Assembly: GCF_000981445.1 (NCBI RefSeq)
Contig: NC_027217.1
Location: 2,480,001-2,544,000, forward strand
Origin: Babesia bigemina
Taxonomy: Eukaryota
Reading direction: 5' to 3'
DNA length: 64,000 nt
Under the pieces are notes generated by a model. That model was not told the DNA's origin and did no database searches. It was given only the letters and a program-made list of their open reading frames with translations. Of this stretch, positions 45,807 through 59,636 are shown piece by piece. The translations under genes and the position numbers were made by a program. The first letter of the stretch is position 1; each line of letters opens with the position of its first letter.

Positions 45807-46587
45807 GTCACCTTATGCCGTGTGAAACTGAGTTGGCATTATGCGAATGTACATGTGTGATGGTTTCGAATGCGACCTTTGCTAATGCTCTATAACCCTG
45901 ACGGCGGCACATCGTTGTTGCAGTGGCGCAGCGGCGACCCTGCGTTCATTCTGGAGTGTCTGCACACACTTCGACGACTCTGTAGTTTGCGAAGTTAAGG
46001 GTCCGATACGGCAGGAAATGTAAATCAAAAGGAATGGTATATAACCCTTCCGACGGAAGGGTATGCGTTCCACTAATATAGCAGATAACGGCCGTGATTG
46101 TGCCGTAACAACTATGGCACATGGCTTTATTCGCGCGTTTGAATGTGGTTGCCGTGTAATTTACGCTTAGCTTGCGTATACGTTGCTTATTCGGCTCTGA
46201 CTTCGTAGTCAGTTCAGCAGATGGAATCGGTTTCTGCAGTCTTACAAACTAACAGGCAAAATAGAAATAAATACAAGATGAATGCAATGATTCAAGTCAA
46301 ACTGGATGTTCGTATTTAATTCACTGTCATTGATTTAGTAGCGGCCCCGAATGAACCGCTGCAAAGGCCGTCGTTAAGACAGATACACGCGAAACATAGT
46401 TTTATACAACCAGCTAATGTGACATAGATATGCGTATTTAAGCCTGAAAAAAGAATATAATGCAACATAAATTGTCTACTGGCTGTATATAGCACAGAAA
46501 TGGTGTCTGGTGTAGCAGCGGTGCGCGGGTCACACATTGTCACTCAATTCGCCTTGCCGGGCCAGAAGGCTCAATTATCGCACTAAA

Positions 46588-47578
46588 ATGACAACACGTA
46601 GTCGTTCGAGGTCGCGCGACAGGCGTCTGGTGCGCATTAAGCGCGAACCGGGGACCTCGCCTTCGCCTTCCGATCGACCTCGGTACCATCCTGAGATGTC
46701 GGGAAAGGTGCGTATTAAGACCGAGGAGTTACGTACGGAACCTATATACTTGGATTCCAGAGGTCGACCGCTGCGAAGGGGCGCCAATCCGCAGGTGGCG
46801 CAGGCCGATCACTCGTCATCGTCTAGGGAAGAAGCTCCCGTGCTTGGTACGTGCCATATCCCGCGAAGACGTGAACACTTTGCTCAGAGATAGAGAAGCC
46901 GAACTTCGAGCCTTCGGGCCTGCTGGCCGCTGAGACAAACAACAGAAACGGCGTGGCGCTGAAGGTGGGTTTGCATTAACCAAGTTGACGCCAGTGCAGT
47001 ACACCGTTCCGCCAGAGTCGGCGATGCCGCGGATTTCGTGGCGGCTTTATGTGTTCAAGCCCGAAGAGGGGACTAAAGACAAGATGAAGGTGCTCAAAAC
47101 CATACATCTAGATAAGCAAGAGCACTACTTGTTCGGCTGCGACCAGCGGGTGGCAGACGTGGAGCTCTTCCACCCAACCATTTCGAAGCAGCACGCTGTT
47201 ATACAGCACCGCAGAATAGACGGGAAACGTGTAGTGTGGGTTTATTGCGTTGTATTTTGTGGTCATTAACGGAGCGCGGCTCCGTGAGGTTCACAGGCCG
47301 ACGGCCTTGTGCTGCATGTTCCAGTATCGTCAGCCGACACCGTGGTGTATTGCATTCAAGTTGTTGGCACATACATTATATACAACAGGCCATACATTAT
47401 AGACCTGGAGAGCACCAACGGTACATTCCTCAACGGCGAGCGTATCCAGCCGAGCCGATACTACGAGCTGAGGTAGGTGCGGACTGCCGGTGGGCTGAAT
47501 CCTTGCAGGGAGAGCGATTTGCTGAAGTTTGGCATGTCCACCCGCGAATACGTCGTGCTCAACGAGCGATCGGCATAG
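46588..47578 (+). CDS. SNIP1: SNIP1/Pml1 FHA-domain protein of the RES splicing complex (5 exons)
   Basis: RS-rich start, KPNFEPSGLLAAETN, WRLYVFK, HPTISKQHAVIQ, PYIIDLESTNGTFLN, RYYEL and FGMSTREYV. Confidence 0.95.
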
Positions 47579-47579
47579 G

Positions 47580-50500
47580 CTACATCCAGGGAGCCCAGCC
47601 GACGAACATCTTCGAGAGGTGCGTCTGCGAGGTCGCCACCTGGATGAGCTGCTGCAGCTGCTGCCGGGGCTCCATGATCTCCGCGACGTTCTCGAAGCTC
47701 TTCAGGGACTGCGGGTCGCCCGCGTCCTCGGCGTTGCCGCGTGCAGACAGACTTGAACTAATCTCCACTGATGGCAGCACCACGTTAAGCGCCCCGCGTA
47801 GCTTGCTCTCTATGCACTGCAGCACCTTCTGGGAGTCCGAGTCCGGATTCGGCGTAGCCTCGCCACGGTGCCACTCGATGAGCGGGTCGAACACGAAGCT
47901 CATGAGGATGGCGGTTATCTTCTGGCGGTCCTGCTGCAGCATCTGCAGGAACTTGAGCGCCTCGGAGTAGAAGGGCCCGTCGGTGGCGGTGCCGCACACG
48001 CCGAGGTTGCACACCACGTTCTGCGTCATGCGGAAAGGCACCAGCTCCGGCACCGCCAGCAGCCACCCCTTGCCGAAGAGGCAGTCGAAATCGACGTGCA
48101 TCACCTGACCCGTGATGAGGTTGAGCAGGATGTTCTCCGCGTGCCTGTCCCCAAGGCCCACGATGTAACCGAGGATGCTCCACACGGCGCACGTGTGGAT
48201 GAACTCCTTACGGGCGCAGAACCACGCGGCGGGGTCGCGCTTGAACACCTTGTAGTACGCGCGGTGCAGCACTGGCGGCCTCCGCTGGCAGAGGCGCTTG
48301 AACAGCATCAGCGAGTCGGTGTAGTTTTTCGCGGTAATGCTGGCGGCGTACTTGCTGATGTCGCCCTTGTGCTCGCGGTCGCTGGCGCCGGTCACACGCC
48401 TGAATTCGTCGGTCACCAGCGCCCTCATGGTTGCCATGTTCGGCACCCACTCGATGATGCCCGCGACCTCGGTTAGCGAAACCACGCTGTAGCACTGCAG
48501 CGGCATGCCGCTGTAGTGCTTGCGCAGACGCATGGCCACGTACTGGGTCACCTCCATCATGCGTTTGTCCTTCCGCAGGTCGCCCTTGACCTCGTTCTTC
48601 ACCAAAAAGTGCACCACCTGCCCAGACGCGGTGTAAAAGCCGATCTTCTTCGGCTTCTGCTTGGAGCGCAGCACCTGCATGCTCTCGTCCAGGCCGCACA
48701 TGCGCGACTTGGACTCCATGATGTCGTAGTGGATGATGTGGTCGAAGCTGAGGTTCTCGATGGTGGGGATGATGGCGTTCTCCCTGCAGCCCGCGCTGTT
48801 GAGCACGCGCCACATGCTCTGGAACCGCAGCGCCGACTTGTCGTTGATGGAAACCGTAGTGTCCATGGCCACCTTGCTCAGCTCCTTGAAGATGGAGTGG
48901 TGGTACTCCACCACAAGCGCCGACTCCGGCACCAGCTCGCGCGCCTTGCGCTCGATGTTCGCGTGGATCTGACGCATGCGCGGGTTCACGGAGTGCGCGA
49001 AGTAGAGGGTCGACCACAGCGCCATCTTCGGGTAGCGCGCGATGAGCCTCGCCACCAGGGTCTGGAAGATGGCGCCGCCCAGGAACTTGTGGTGGCACCT
49101 GCTCATCAGTTGCGATATCACGGCGTACCAGTAGTACTGCGGCACGGCGTCGGTGTGCACGAAGAACTTCTCCATGATGGCGTTCGCGAAAATCTGGCAC
49201 GCCTCGCTCTCGAAGGTCACAGTGCTGAGGAACTGCGTGGTGTTGGGCGTGCAGTAGAAGCACATTATGGCGATCACCTTGGTGAGGATGTCCACGATGT
49301 CCATGTGCTCGCCGGAGTCCTGGACAGGTCCGGCGGCTTTTTTGTGGTCGGCGCCCTTGAACGCGTTAGTTCCCGCGTTGCCCGCGTCCTCCTTGTTGAC
49401 GGCGTCGCTGGACTCCGGATTGGGGTGGCATTTGCATACATCCCCGCAACTTGCCTTATTCAGGCACTGGGCGCGGCTGCTTTCCTTCTCACCTGATGCG
49501 CCGCCCTGCGAGACACCGCCAGGCGCGGTGTCGTCCGCGTGGCGTTTGGGGCCGACGAAGGCGAGCGCCTGGAGGTAAGCGTTGACGGTGGCGGACACCA
49601 ACTGGACGAACGTGAACACGCCCGGGATGCCCTCCACGCCGGTGATGATGTACGTGTTCTCCACTGACGAGTGGACCGTGCTCCGGCGAGTGCAGATGCT
49701 GCTGTCGTCCAGCACCAACCGGAAGTTGTGCGCGTTACGCAGCCTGTGGTCGAGCAGGCGGTCCAGGTACTCGGCGTACAGCAGGTTGGCCTTGAACGAC
49801 AGCGGCGCTGCATCCAGGATTTCTTTCATGTACGATATGGCGCGCTTGGGGATCAGCAGGTTGGACTGCGAGTACATCTTCACCAGGTTGTAGAAGCCAT
49901 CGAAGTCGTTGCGCGCCAGGTGTTTCAGCGACGAGATCGCGTCGTCCACGTGGCCCTTGTGGTGGAGGGTCAGCGCGTGCTCCAGCACCACGTCGCCGCG
50001 GCCGGAGAGCGCCTCGTCGTCCAGTGACATGCTCCCGGGGATGTGCATGTCCACCTTGTTGAGGCGGCAGGTGCGATTGAGTGACACCAGCAGCTCCGCT
50101 GCGGCGTCGCACTTATCCCCGAGCTCGAGAGCCACCTTGGCGGCGCCCAGGATGTTGATGACGTTGCGGACGCTGTGCTCGGCAGCTCCCTGGTTCAACG
50201 ACAGCAGTTCGCGTGCGAAACTGACTTCGTCCACGGCGTATTTGCCGGCGCTGAGACGGCTGGAAAGCCGCAGCGAGTTGAGTATTGCGATCTTTTCCAG
50301 GTACTTCAGGGCAACCAGGCTGGATTCACGGATGGCCAGGCCCAGCGGGCGGATCAGGTGCTTGAAGCCCTCCTGGATGGTCCTCTCGCTCTCCACGTAG
50401 TCGCGCTTGTGCAGGAGGCTCATGGCGTTCGCGGTCTGCTCCATGAACCACACGTCGATGGGGTCGCGCATCAGCAGAGATTCCCAGAAGACATCGGACT

Positions 50501-53500
50501 CACGCCGGTCGTCCGCGGTGCACTGCGTCAGCTGCGAACCGCGGGCATCCTTGCGGTCGCAGCTGCGGTCAAGCAGCAGAACTTCGATGCTGGACAGTTC
50601 CTCGGCCTTGATCTCGAGCAGCTCGGTTTCATGGGTGCGCTTCGCCTCCAGCAGCTCGTCGAGCTCGTCCCACAGCGACAGCTTCCAGCACGCGGTGAGT
50701 GACTCCGCGATGAGCGAGTCCGCTGACTCCTCCAGCTCAGGTAACTTGGGCAGCTGTATGAAGACGCTCGGGCCGGTCATCTGTATGATGCGGTACCAGC
50801 TTGTCCACAGCCGCGTATCCTGCGAAAATTTCAGCAGACGGTTGTACACGTCGCACGCTTCCCGGTACTCGCCCCTGCATTCGTACGAGAAGGCGCGGCA
50901 CACGTCCTTCTGGCGCTTGGTGATGGAGCCCCGGCGGGACTCGACCAACTTCGCGGCGTGGCTGCCGGGCGCTGTGGCGTCCACAACAGCGGCATTGGCA
51001 GTTACGGAAGGCGAATCAGAGGGGTGCGGTGTGCGGCAATTTGCAGCGGAAGCGGGGTCGTTTCTCACGGACTTCATTTCCGATCTGATGGAGTCGTCGT
51101 GCAGCACTATGCTGGATATGCAGACGAGGGAGTCGAAGTCACCCAGCCCCAAGTAGCCGCGGCAGAGCAGAGAGATTATAGCCTGCGGGTTTAAACCGAT
51201 GTTGTGAACCTTGGCGTGTATCGCCTGGTTGCTCAGCGCCTGACCGGGGTTCCCGAAATTGTAGGACAGGGGTTCGTACGTCAGCTTCTTCTCGATTATC
51301 ATCACACCGCGCGCGTACGAGCCGCACGATATCGCAGCATGTGCCACCAGCAGCTCGGGCACAGCGTGGAGGATGGATTCCAGCCGCTTCATTTTGGTCA
51401 CCAGGATACGCACGGTCTCGCTGGCGTCCCTTTCGGAGCCTATCCCGCACAGGCTCCCGCAGCTGTCGTCGGCCGAGCCCACAGTGGTGCGGTTGTACGT
51501 GCTCTGATCCTCGGTGGTCGGCGAGGACTTGCGCCGCTTGGAGTGCCCGGATGACGAGCCGCCCCGGAGGACGGCCAGCTCCTTGCGGTAACGGTCGGTG
51601 AGCACCTTGATGCCGTCCAGGAGGTTGAAGATCGCTTGGCACGACGTGTACTGATCGGTGCTGTCAAGCGCCATTACCGACCTCGAGAGCACCTCGTAAG
51701 GCGGCTGCCAGTTTATACCGAAGGTGGCGCTGTCACGCTTCAGGATGTTGCACAGCAGCGACGCCATGCGCTTCCCGATGGAGGCGCACTGCTCGTCGTC
51801 CAGGAACTGCACGCACGAGTCCACAATGTACGGCAGCAGGTACGTCAGCACCGACGGGATCTTTATCATGGCCAGGTCGCACGCGCGGAACAGAGGCAAC
51901 GTGGGGCACGAATCCGGCAACATCTTCAGCAGCCACCACACGAACGACTTTATGTCCAGCACCGTGTTCACGTCCAGCCTCGTTTCGATGACTCCTTCAA
52001 TGGCCCTGTTGCGCAGGAAACTCGTGGCGCGATACGGTTCGATGGCGCGCCTGGTGAGGGGCTCGAACGTGCGGTTCCACCGCTCGCCCATCTCCTCCAG
52101 CTCCGCCTGCGAGCGCACGCCGCCCTTGTAGAGACCCAGCAACTTCAAAATCTCCTGGATGCAGTACAACGCCACCTGCAGGTGCATGTTGGGGATCAGG
52201 TAGTCCTTCAGCAGCTGCGCGGCCAGCTCCGACGGGTCGGACAGGAAGCACTGCATGCCAGCGGCAAAAGGCTGGCGCGGCGTGCGGAACTCGTTCAGGT
52301 CGCACGGCACGTAGCCGAGAATTGAGCAGCACGCGGAGTCCAGGGCGGTGGGGTTTTTGGCGAAGTCGTCGGAGTGCTCCGCTATGGTGTGCAGCGCCGC
52401 AATGGCGAGCTTCGAGGCGGCTTTCTTCGCGCGCTCCATGTTGAAGATGAACGGGTTCAGCTCCAGCAGCTGGTTCGCAGTGATGGCAGCCGCCTCGCGC
52501 GTGATGTACGGCACTTTTATTTCCGAGTCGCTGTACACCATGCACGCCAGCATCTCCAGCTTAGCCTCTATGCGCTCCAGTTCATGCGGCCGGCTGACGC
52601 AGTCCACCACGCAGTCGATGTACGCGCAGTAACGTTCGCCGTCTTCAACGCCACTCAGGCGCATCTTGATGGCACTTATGGCGTCGCTAGACGGCAACAC
52701 TTCAGGGGTTGGCGCCGTGTCATCGGCGTCGCTGGAAGCGGTGCACCCGGCCGGCGGTGCTTCGGCGCTGCCGTCGGAGCCAATCATGGCGATGCGCGCC
52801 ATGTAGTACGCGATGCCGGGCGCGTAGGGACCCAAGAGGTCGCACGACAGCTTGCGTGCCACGGCATCCCAGCAGACGAGCAGTGCACGCCCGTTGTACA
52901 CGTCGGGTTGGTAAATCGTAAGCACCTCGATCATGCGGTCGCAGAACGCGTCGATGTCGCCGTTGTAGATGCTCACCAAAATGGCAATGCAGTTGTACGT
53001 ACGCGCAACGTGCGCTGCAGCGATTTCCTGCCTGCCGCTGTACCCGTATATCTCCGGGTAGAACACGCGCTTGTTCTTCAGCGCGAAATTTAGGCTGTGC
53101 TGGCCCCGGTTCAGCCACACCGCCACGAAGTACTCCAGAATGCGCACGAAATTCTCACGCATGTATTCGGTCATGGCGCCACCCTCGGAGTACCGCCGGC
53201 CGCTATCCAGGGCGCCGTACAAGTCCATGCCATCGGGCTGATGCGGCAGATCGGGGTGCTGCGTGTCGCCCTGCGCGGTGTTTTGTAGCGCCTCCATGTT
53301 CTGGACGTCCAAAGCAGCCAGTTCCAACCGCAGATGCGGGCTTGTGTCGTTGGGTGGTTGTGCTGGTTTCCCGTCGGCCGGGGGAACTGCGGCGCCCGCT
53401 TTGCCGATGGAGTCCTGGCGCATGGAGGTATCGGTGGCTTGCGTGGATGTCACGGTGCTCTTGGCGCGTAACTGCTTGACCAGCTGCCTTTTGTACTCGC

Positions 53501-56500
53501 GCGTGATCTCGAGGCACACGCTGAAGGGCGCGGCGACGTAGTCCGTCTGCGCCGACAGCAGCGTCTTCGTGCCACGCGCGTACTTCATACGGAGCACCAC
53601 GTGGGGGTTGGTCACGTACCACAGCAGACGCACCAGGGCGTAGAAGCGGTACTTGTCCAACCGCCTCAGCTGCTCGGCGTTCTCGCGAGGCTGGCCGCCT
53701 TCGTTCAGCAGCTGCATGATTTGGAACAGGCGGTAGTCGCAGTTGTCCAGGGTGAAGTTCAGGGTCACGTCGGTGCACAACACGCCCTGCACGGGGCCCT
53801 CGTGGATGTCCTCCAGGCGGTCCAAAACTCTAGCCGACATCACGCTGCTCAACAGCGCCCTGGCCAGGGGCTGCACGGGAGTCAGCCTGCTGCGCACGGT
53901 CAGTGCCAGCCGGACGGGAGTTAGCGAGAGGCCGGAAACGAACAGCCTCAACAGAGGGATGCACATCACGTTCGCGACCTGCGATAGCGCGGTCCACGCG
54001 ACGGCGAAATCGTATTTACCGTCAGAGTCCTCCAGTTCGTCAGCCATGTATCCCGTGAAGAGGCAGTCCGTCGCATCACTGGTCTCCTCAATGGACATGT
54101 GCGGCAACGCAGCTTTCAATTCGCCATCCACGATCTCCTGCAGAAGCTGCGTGACGATTTGCGATAATGACGTGGGACCGATGTTGGCGACCAGCGACGG
54201 CGCGCTATGCCAAAAGTCCATGCAGGCTGTTTCGGACTCCGGGCGCGAGGAACTTGACGCAGTTGACATCGCCAGTAGGTCGCAGAAGTACTGCACTTGC
54301 AGGTGGTCCACGTCAGCGGAGGCGTCGGACATGATCGTCATGTTATCCACAAAGCGGGTACGGAAGAAGTCGGTGTAGAACCCGTCCACAGGCAGTTTAC
54401 CCAGCTTGCGATATGCGTGTGCCTTGTCCATCATGAACAACACGAAGCACGTGCCAACGGCCGATAGGGCCGAGGCCACCTTTAACACGCTGTGGCATGC
54501 CACGGGTGCGCTAGAGATGTAAAACGCAAGGGCGTCTGATATGCCGGTAGAAACTGCATTCATGGCCTCCGCAGTAGAGCATTCGATGGCCATCTTTCGT
54601 GTGACCCTTACCAAAAGCGACGCGATGGTCTCCCATTCCAAATCGACGCTGCCTTCGCTGTTGCGGCTGAGGTCGGGGGCCAGCAGGCCACCCTCGGTCT
54701 TGATCGTGGCAGTGAAGGGCTCAGCTGAAGACAGATAAACACCGTAGGAGCTGTTATTTGAATCTACATGGCCCTCGCAGAGCAGCGGCGACGGGCGGCC
54801 GCAGTGGCTGCAGGTGACGTGGTAGAGCCCCCGCCGCATCCCATCTGACTGCAACGCCCGTTTGCAGTGGAAGCAGAATCTCGGCAACCGAGCTGCAAAG
54901 AGCTCTATATATCTCGAGTATGGTACGACAGCTGCATCTTCATCACGCTCCACTGACGCGCTGGAGGTATCCTTGCTGGTGGCAAGGTCGCCGCTCCAGT
55001 TCAGGTTGACGGGCTCCGGATATGGGGAATAAGGGCTGGATTGTCTGTTTGTTTTGCTTGAGGGCTCTGAGGCCACGCTGGTGCTGTTTTTGCGCCTTTT
55101 CTTCGCTGCGGGTTCGCTGCAGCGGTCGGTGAAGGCCATCGTCAAGGTGGCGGTGGCATCGTCCGGCTCCCCTGCGATGTCTGCATCGCCAGCTTCTGCG
55201 GCCGTCGGCGGTCCCACAACGCGGCGCATCAGGTTCATAAGCCTATTGGAATCTGATAGCAGCGGAATGGTGTGCGCCACTGAGTGCCTTCGGCGGTTCA
55301 GGGACTGCAGCGCCATGCAGTACTCCACCAAATCGAGGTTGTCGCTGGGAGGGTGCGGCCTCAGGATATGCCACAGATTGAGCATGAACGGCACAACGTT
55401 TACCACATCGTACGTCACGTCTGCGACGTTGGCTGCACCCAGGAACTTGAATGTGGCGCCGAATACGCCGTCCACGAAGCTGGCGTTGAGACGAGCCCAG
55501 TCGGACGTGCTAACTTGCAGCCGTTTGGCGTTGACGGCGACGCTTGCAAAGTAGCGTGTCAGCGTGTGTATCAACAGTTTCTCCATTACGCTGGCGTGCT
55601 CCACGCTGACGTTGGGAACGCCTGTGCCGGAGCCCCCCGACGACAGGGTAACGCCACTGCCATCGTCATCGACTTTGGCAGCAGTTGAGGCAGTCAGTTG
55701 CGATTCCTTCGAGTTGGTGTTACTGAACAACGCTTCTTCAGAGCCGCTGCGAGTAGATGCAGACGACATCGTGACGCCTCCATTGGCGTTAAGATCGGCC
55801 AGCAGGGTAAGCGTGTTAATCACGTACAAAACATCCTTGATTGGCGATGAAGTAACGCAACGAAGACACGCCATCACAACGAGCCACTCTTGACGCGATC
55901 CAGGGCACTCCGTGTATCCCTCGATACTGCCGTGCTCTGTGGACAGTGGTGGTGGTGGCGGTGGCGGTGACTTGGATCCCACGTGCATGCAGATCAGCAC
56001 CTCCACTACAGCGTCGCCGACCGTGAATATGGACATCAAAAAGTACCGGATCGATGCACGCATATCGTGGCTTATGCCAACTGTTTGCAGGTGGAGGTAC
56101 GTCTCGAGAAGCACCAGAGCTGTGGACCCACGACCCGTTCCAACGCCTGCACCGCTTCCAGCCACTAGCCGCTGCTGCAGTTGTAGGAGCAGCAAAATGA
56201 GCGTGTTCAGAATGACGAATGCCAAAGCCGTGTCTTTTGTGTTCATGCAGTCATGCGTTAAGAGGAGCCTTATGGCTGCCTCCGATCCCAGGCACACTAT
56301 CGCAACAGCCGTCTCGTCGTCGACGCTAACTTCGAAGCATTTGGTAAAGCCGTACTTTACGGCGCCCGCTTTTCGCGGCGTGGTAGGGGCTGAGTCACTG
56401 TCGCCCTCGCGCTCGGATGAGTAGTAGGTTAGCCGCTCCGGTGTTCCGAACTCCAGCGTTCGCAGGCGGGCGTACCTTCCGTACGCCTTCAGCAACGCGC

Positions 56501-58466
56501 CGATGGGCGTTTGCGCAACTTCAAACAGCGAGGTGAACTTGTGCCCCGCTTCTTGGAGTTCCGTGTACACGGACTTCATGATGTCGTAAGGGCGGTTTGT
56601 CCAGCCAATGTAGCTCTCCACCATGGCCTTCATGTTGGTGTAGGCGAAAGCGTCCACGCGTAGCAGCGCGTCTTGATGTGGCGATGTATCCGATCCGCTA
56701 CCAGGTGCCTGGTTCTTCGGGCTAGCGCTGCTGACGACTGCGGTGGTGGGCCTCAGCAGAACATGCGGCACCACCTGGTAGATGCTGTCGAGACCCCGAC
56801 TTCGACTCAACACTGATAGGCTCAGCACAGTCACGGAAGTCAGCACGTCTGCCGTTTCGGCGGGTGTTTGCGACCTGAACCTGTGCAGGGTCACAGTCGC
56901 CATTTTGAAGAACGAAGTGTAATAATCCACGTCGTGCGCGTGAGTGCCCACTCGCTGTATCTTCAGCCTGTAGTAGTAGATGTGCCACACGAACAGGGTG
57001 CGCGCTGTGATCCGTAGCCATTTTGCATTGTCGCTCTCAGCGCTCTCCCCCACCACGGTGTCGGAGCCCGCATTACGTAGTTGCGGTCTTGGTCTCGCGT
57101 CTTCCTCGGATAGCTCGGTTAACAGGTGGACCACAATCTCCTGCAGGAGCCTCATTGCCCGTAGCATGGCGACGTATTCGCTTTCGGTGTACATCACAGG
57201 GCCGTGCCACGTTTGCGCGGGGGTCTCTAGCAGCTCCAGCAGCGCATTGCTGTTGTGGCCGCCGGCGCCGTTGTCTCCCAGGACGCGGCGCACGAAGTGT
57301 TTCCTGCAGGCGAAGTCGCAGTAGCCCATCCTCAGGTAGATGTACGCATGCCACAGCGCGATGCAGTGGGCCATGGTCTGTGGGTCGCTCACGACGGCGG
57401 TCAGTGGGCGCAGGGAGTGGTCGAGGAGGTACGCAGCGATGGTGTGCGAAAGCGCTTGGAGCGGGTAGCACGTCTGAGAAACCGCTGCGTTGCTCATCAG
57501 CGTGTGGTCTCGAAACACATCCCACCTCTTTCCATCCACCGACACGCTATGCGGCATCCGGTTGTTGTAGCTGAATTCCGATATCAGGATCGCCAGTATG
57601 CGCAGCGTGTTGTCGTTGACGCTGACCGTGGGGTTCTTCATCTCGATGCCGACGCCCACCAGCTGAAGGCTCTTCATGGCCCGCCGGAAGAGGCACAGCG
57701 TCGTACCGTCAGCTAGTTGCACGACATCTGGTCACGCATTACTCACATCTGCGAATCACGCAAACCCACCTCGGAAGTCGGTGATGAGGTCGTGTTCGAA
57801 GCCGGACAGGTACTGAGGCCGCAGCCCGCTGATCACGTTGAACACCTGCACGACGCAACGCGCCCACACGAACACCGTACGCACGGGCAGCGCGCCATCG
57901 GGGTAAAGGCAATCAACCTGAGTGTCCAGGAACATTGACAGTAGCGTACGTAGCAGAAACACTATCAGCTTCAGATCCTCCGCCTCCAGCTCCTGGTAGA
58001 ACTCCGAACCGTACGCACCAGTGAACATGCGCGATATCACAGTCGTGAAGTGACGCACAGCACGCTGGAACTGGTCGGGGTGTTTATGCACGACCAACAG
58101 CTTGATTTTCTTCAGGATGCTGATGAACACCGCGTTGAAGACGACCGACAGCGGGCCTGTTGGCTTGTGCCGTGAAGACTTCACATCCTTGTCGCCACGT
58201 TGCCACGAGGTAGTGCCCTGCCAATGCTCCAGGCACACCTGTAACATGCCGTAGACGACGTAGTTGGGTTGCTCGTCTCCATCGGTGCTGCTCTGCGACT
58301 CGGCAGGGCCGCCCTCGGATTCCTCCCAGCACTGGCGCAAGACTTGCTCGGCCTTCTGCGCAGGTTCTCCTGTGTCGGAGAGCAGGTGGCTGCTGAACTT
58401 GCGCAAACCCCACCTCTCAAGACCCAGGCGGAGCAGCCTGATGTCCTCAAGAACGTCGTTAGACAT
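47580..58466 (-). CDS. ATR: PIKK-family kinase, ATR/Mec1-like (~3600 aa)
   Basis: SKQKPKKI, DLRKD.RMME, GLGDRHAENIL, HVDFDCLF.KG..L.VPELVPFRMTQN and FATC LSKMFVGWAPWM. Exon 1 58466-57770, intron 57769-57728. Confidence 0.9.
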
Positions 58467-59636
58467 CTTGTACCGTATGCGCAGCTATGCCTCTGCTTGG
58501 TAGGCAATGTGAGAAACGCATCACCGCCAGACGGCGCATATGGCGTCATGTTCCACCGTTACACCTACCCTTGAGCTACTATCCGCAACTGTAGACCGCA
58601 TTATTACCAGAATCAGTCCACCTTTCAGAAGTATTATCCAGCGAGTAGGAGTCAGTCGCGGCGTGTGCCTTATATGACACAATTACGACGGAAGGTCACT
58701 GCGATTGTTGTAGTTGCTTATATGCTGCGTTCAAAACGTCCAACGCCAAATCCACTGGCGTGAGAATGAGGGCGAAACGGACCAGATACACATGACGACG
58801 GCCTTCCGTTGTCAAGCATGCCCGAAAATGGCTAACAGTTAACTTAATTACATGGAATAAAAGGAATATGGCATCTTCGTTACGTAATTTGCCCGGACGG
58901 AGTCCCTTGCCAATCCACCGTCACCGCCCCGTCATGTCTGACGCGAGGTACACACAACTATTAAAGTCGATGGTATGGCCGGCATTCATATGTCACGTGT
59001 ATGTGTTGGTAATAGGTTTATTATGTTGGCAATGACAGCAATCCTAGGGATGTTTTACCGGCGCTGACGGTTGAAGCATCAACGTAATCATGGAAGACAG
59101 TGCACATACAACGCATGGAAGTCCGTTACAGTTCGAGCTGCGTTTGAATGCAAAAATGGCGATATGACGTCTATATGGGTGACTGGAAGGTGGAATTGCG
59201 GCGCGAATTTCGAAAATGTAGCATCCATGGCCTCGCATACGCGGCAGAGCGGAATGCGCTTACAAAAATTAAACGAAGATGGCTCATATCGTAATTACAC
59301 CCAATATGATTATATATGATGGGATGTCTGCAGTGCATTTTCCACTCTGTTTTTTCAACTAGACACTGCAACTCCCCACACACACGACATCGCTCCCGTC
59401 TGCAAACCACAGCTAGCATTAACACTTGTTTTAACACCGCCAAATTATTCGAAGAGCCATCAAGTGTGTAGGGGTAAATCGTACAGGTGTTCGGCGACTG
59501 GTGTGTCGCGGTGTGTACCAATACACGTATCCGACGGAGGTAGACATCCGTTCTGAATTGCTACGACTGCAGAGCGGACAGGTGATTAGCGGTGTGTCTT
59601 CAACTGGGTGTGTCAGAGAGAATCGGGCTCGGCACA

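Noticed and set aside
45853..45903. Possible C/D snoRNA (gtgatgg...ctga)
   Set aside because: Imperfect C box, too short, no terminal stem or recognisable guide
47236..47970. 244-aa plus-strand ORF spanning SNIP1 3' exons and the ATR end
   Set aside because: It begins at a splice-donor GTG and is an off-frame or antisense by-product
59071..59319. 82-aa ORF in the ATR-ASF1 spacer
   Set aside because: Non-ATG start, no coding-like bias, and I could not build a consistent spliced model
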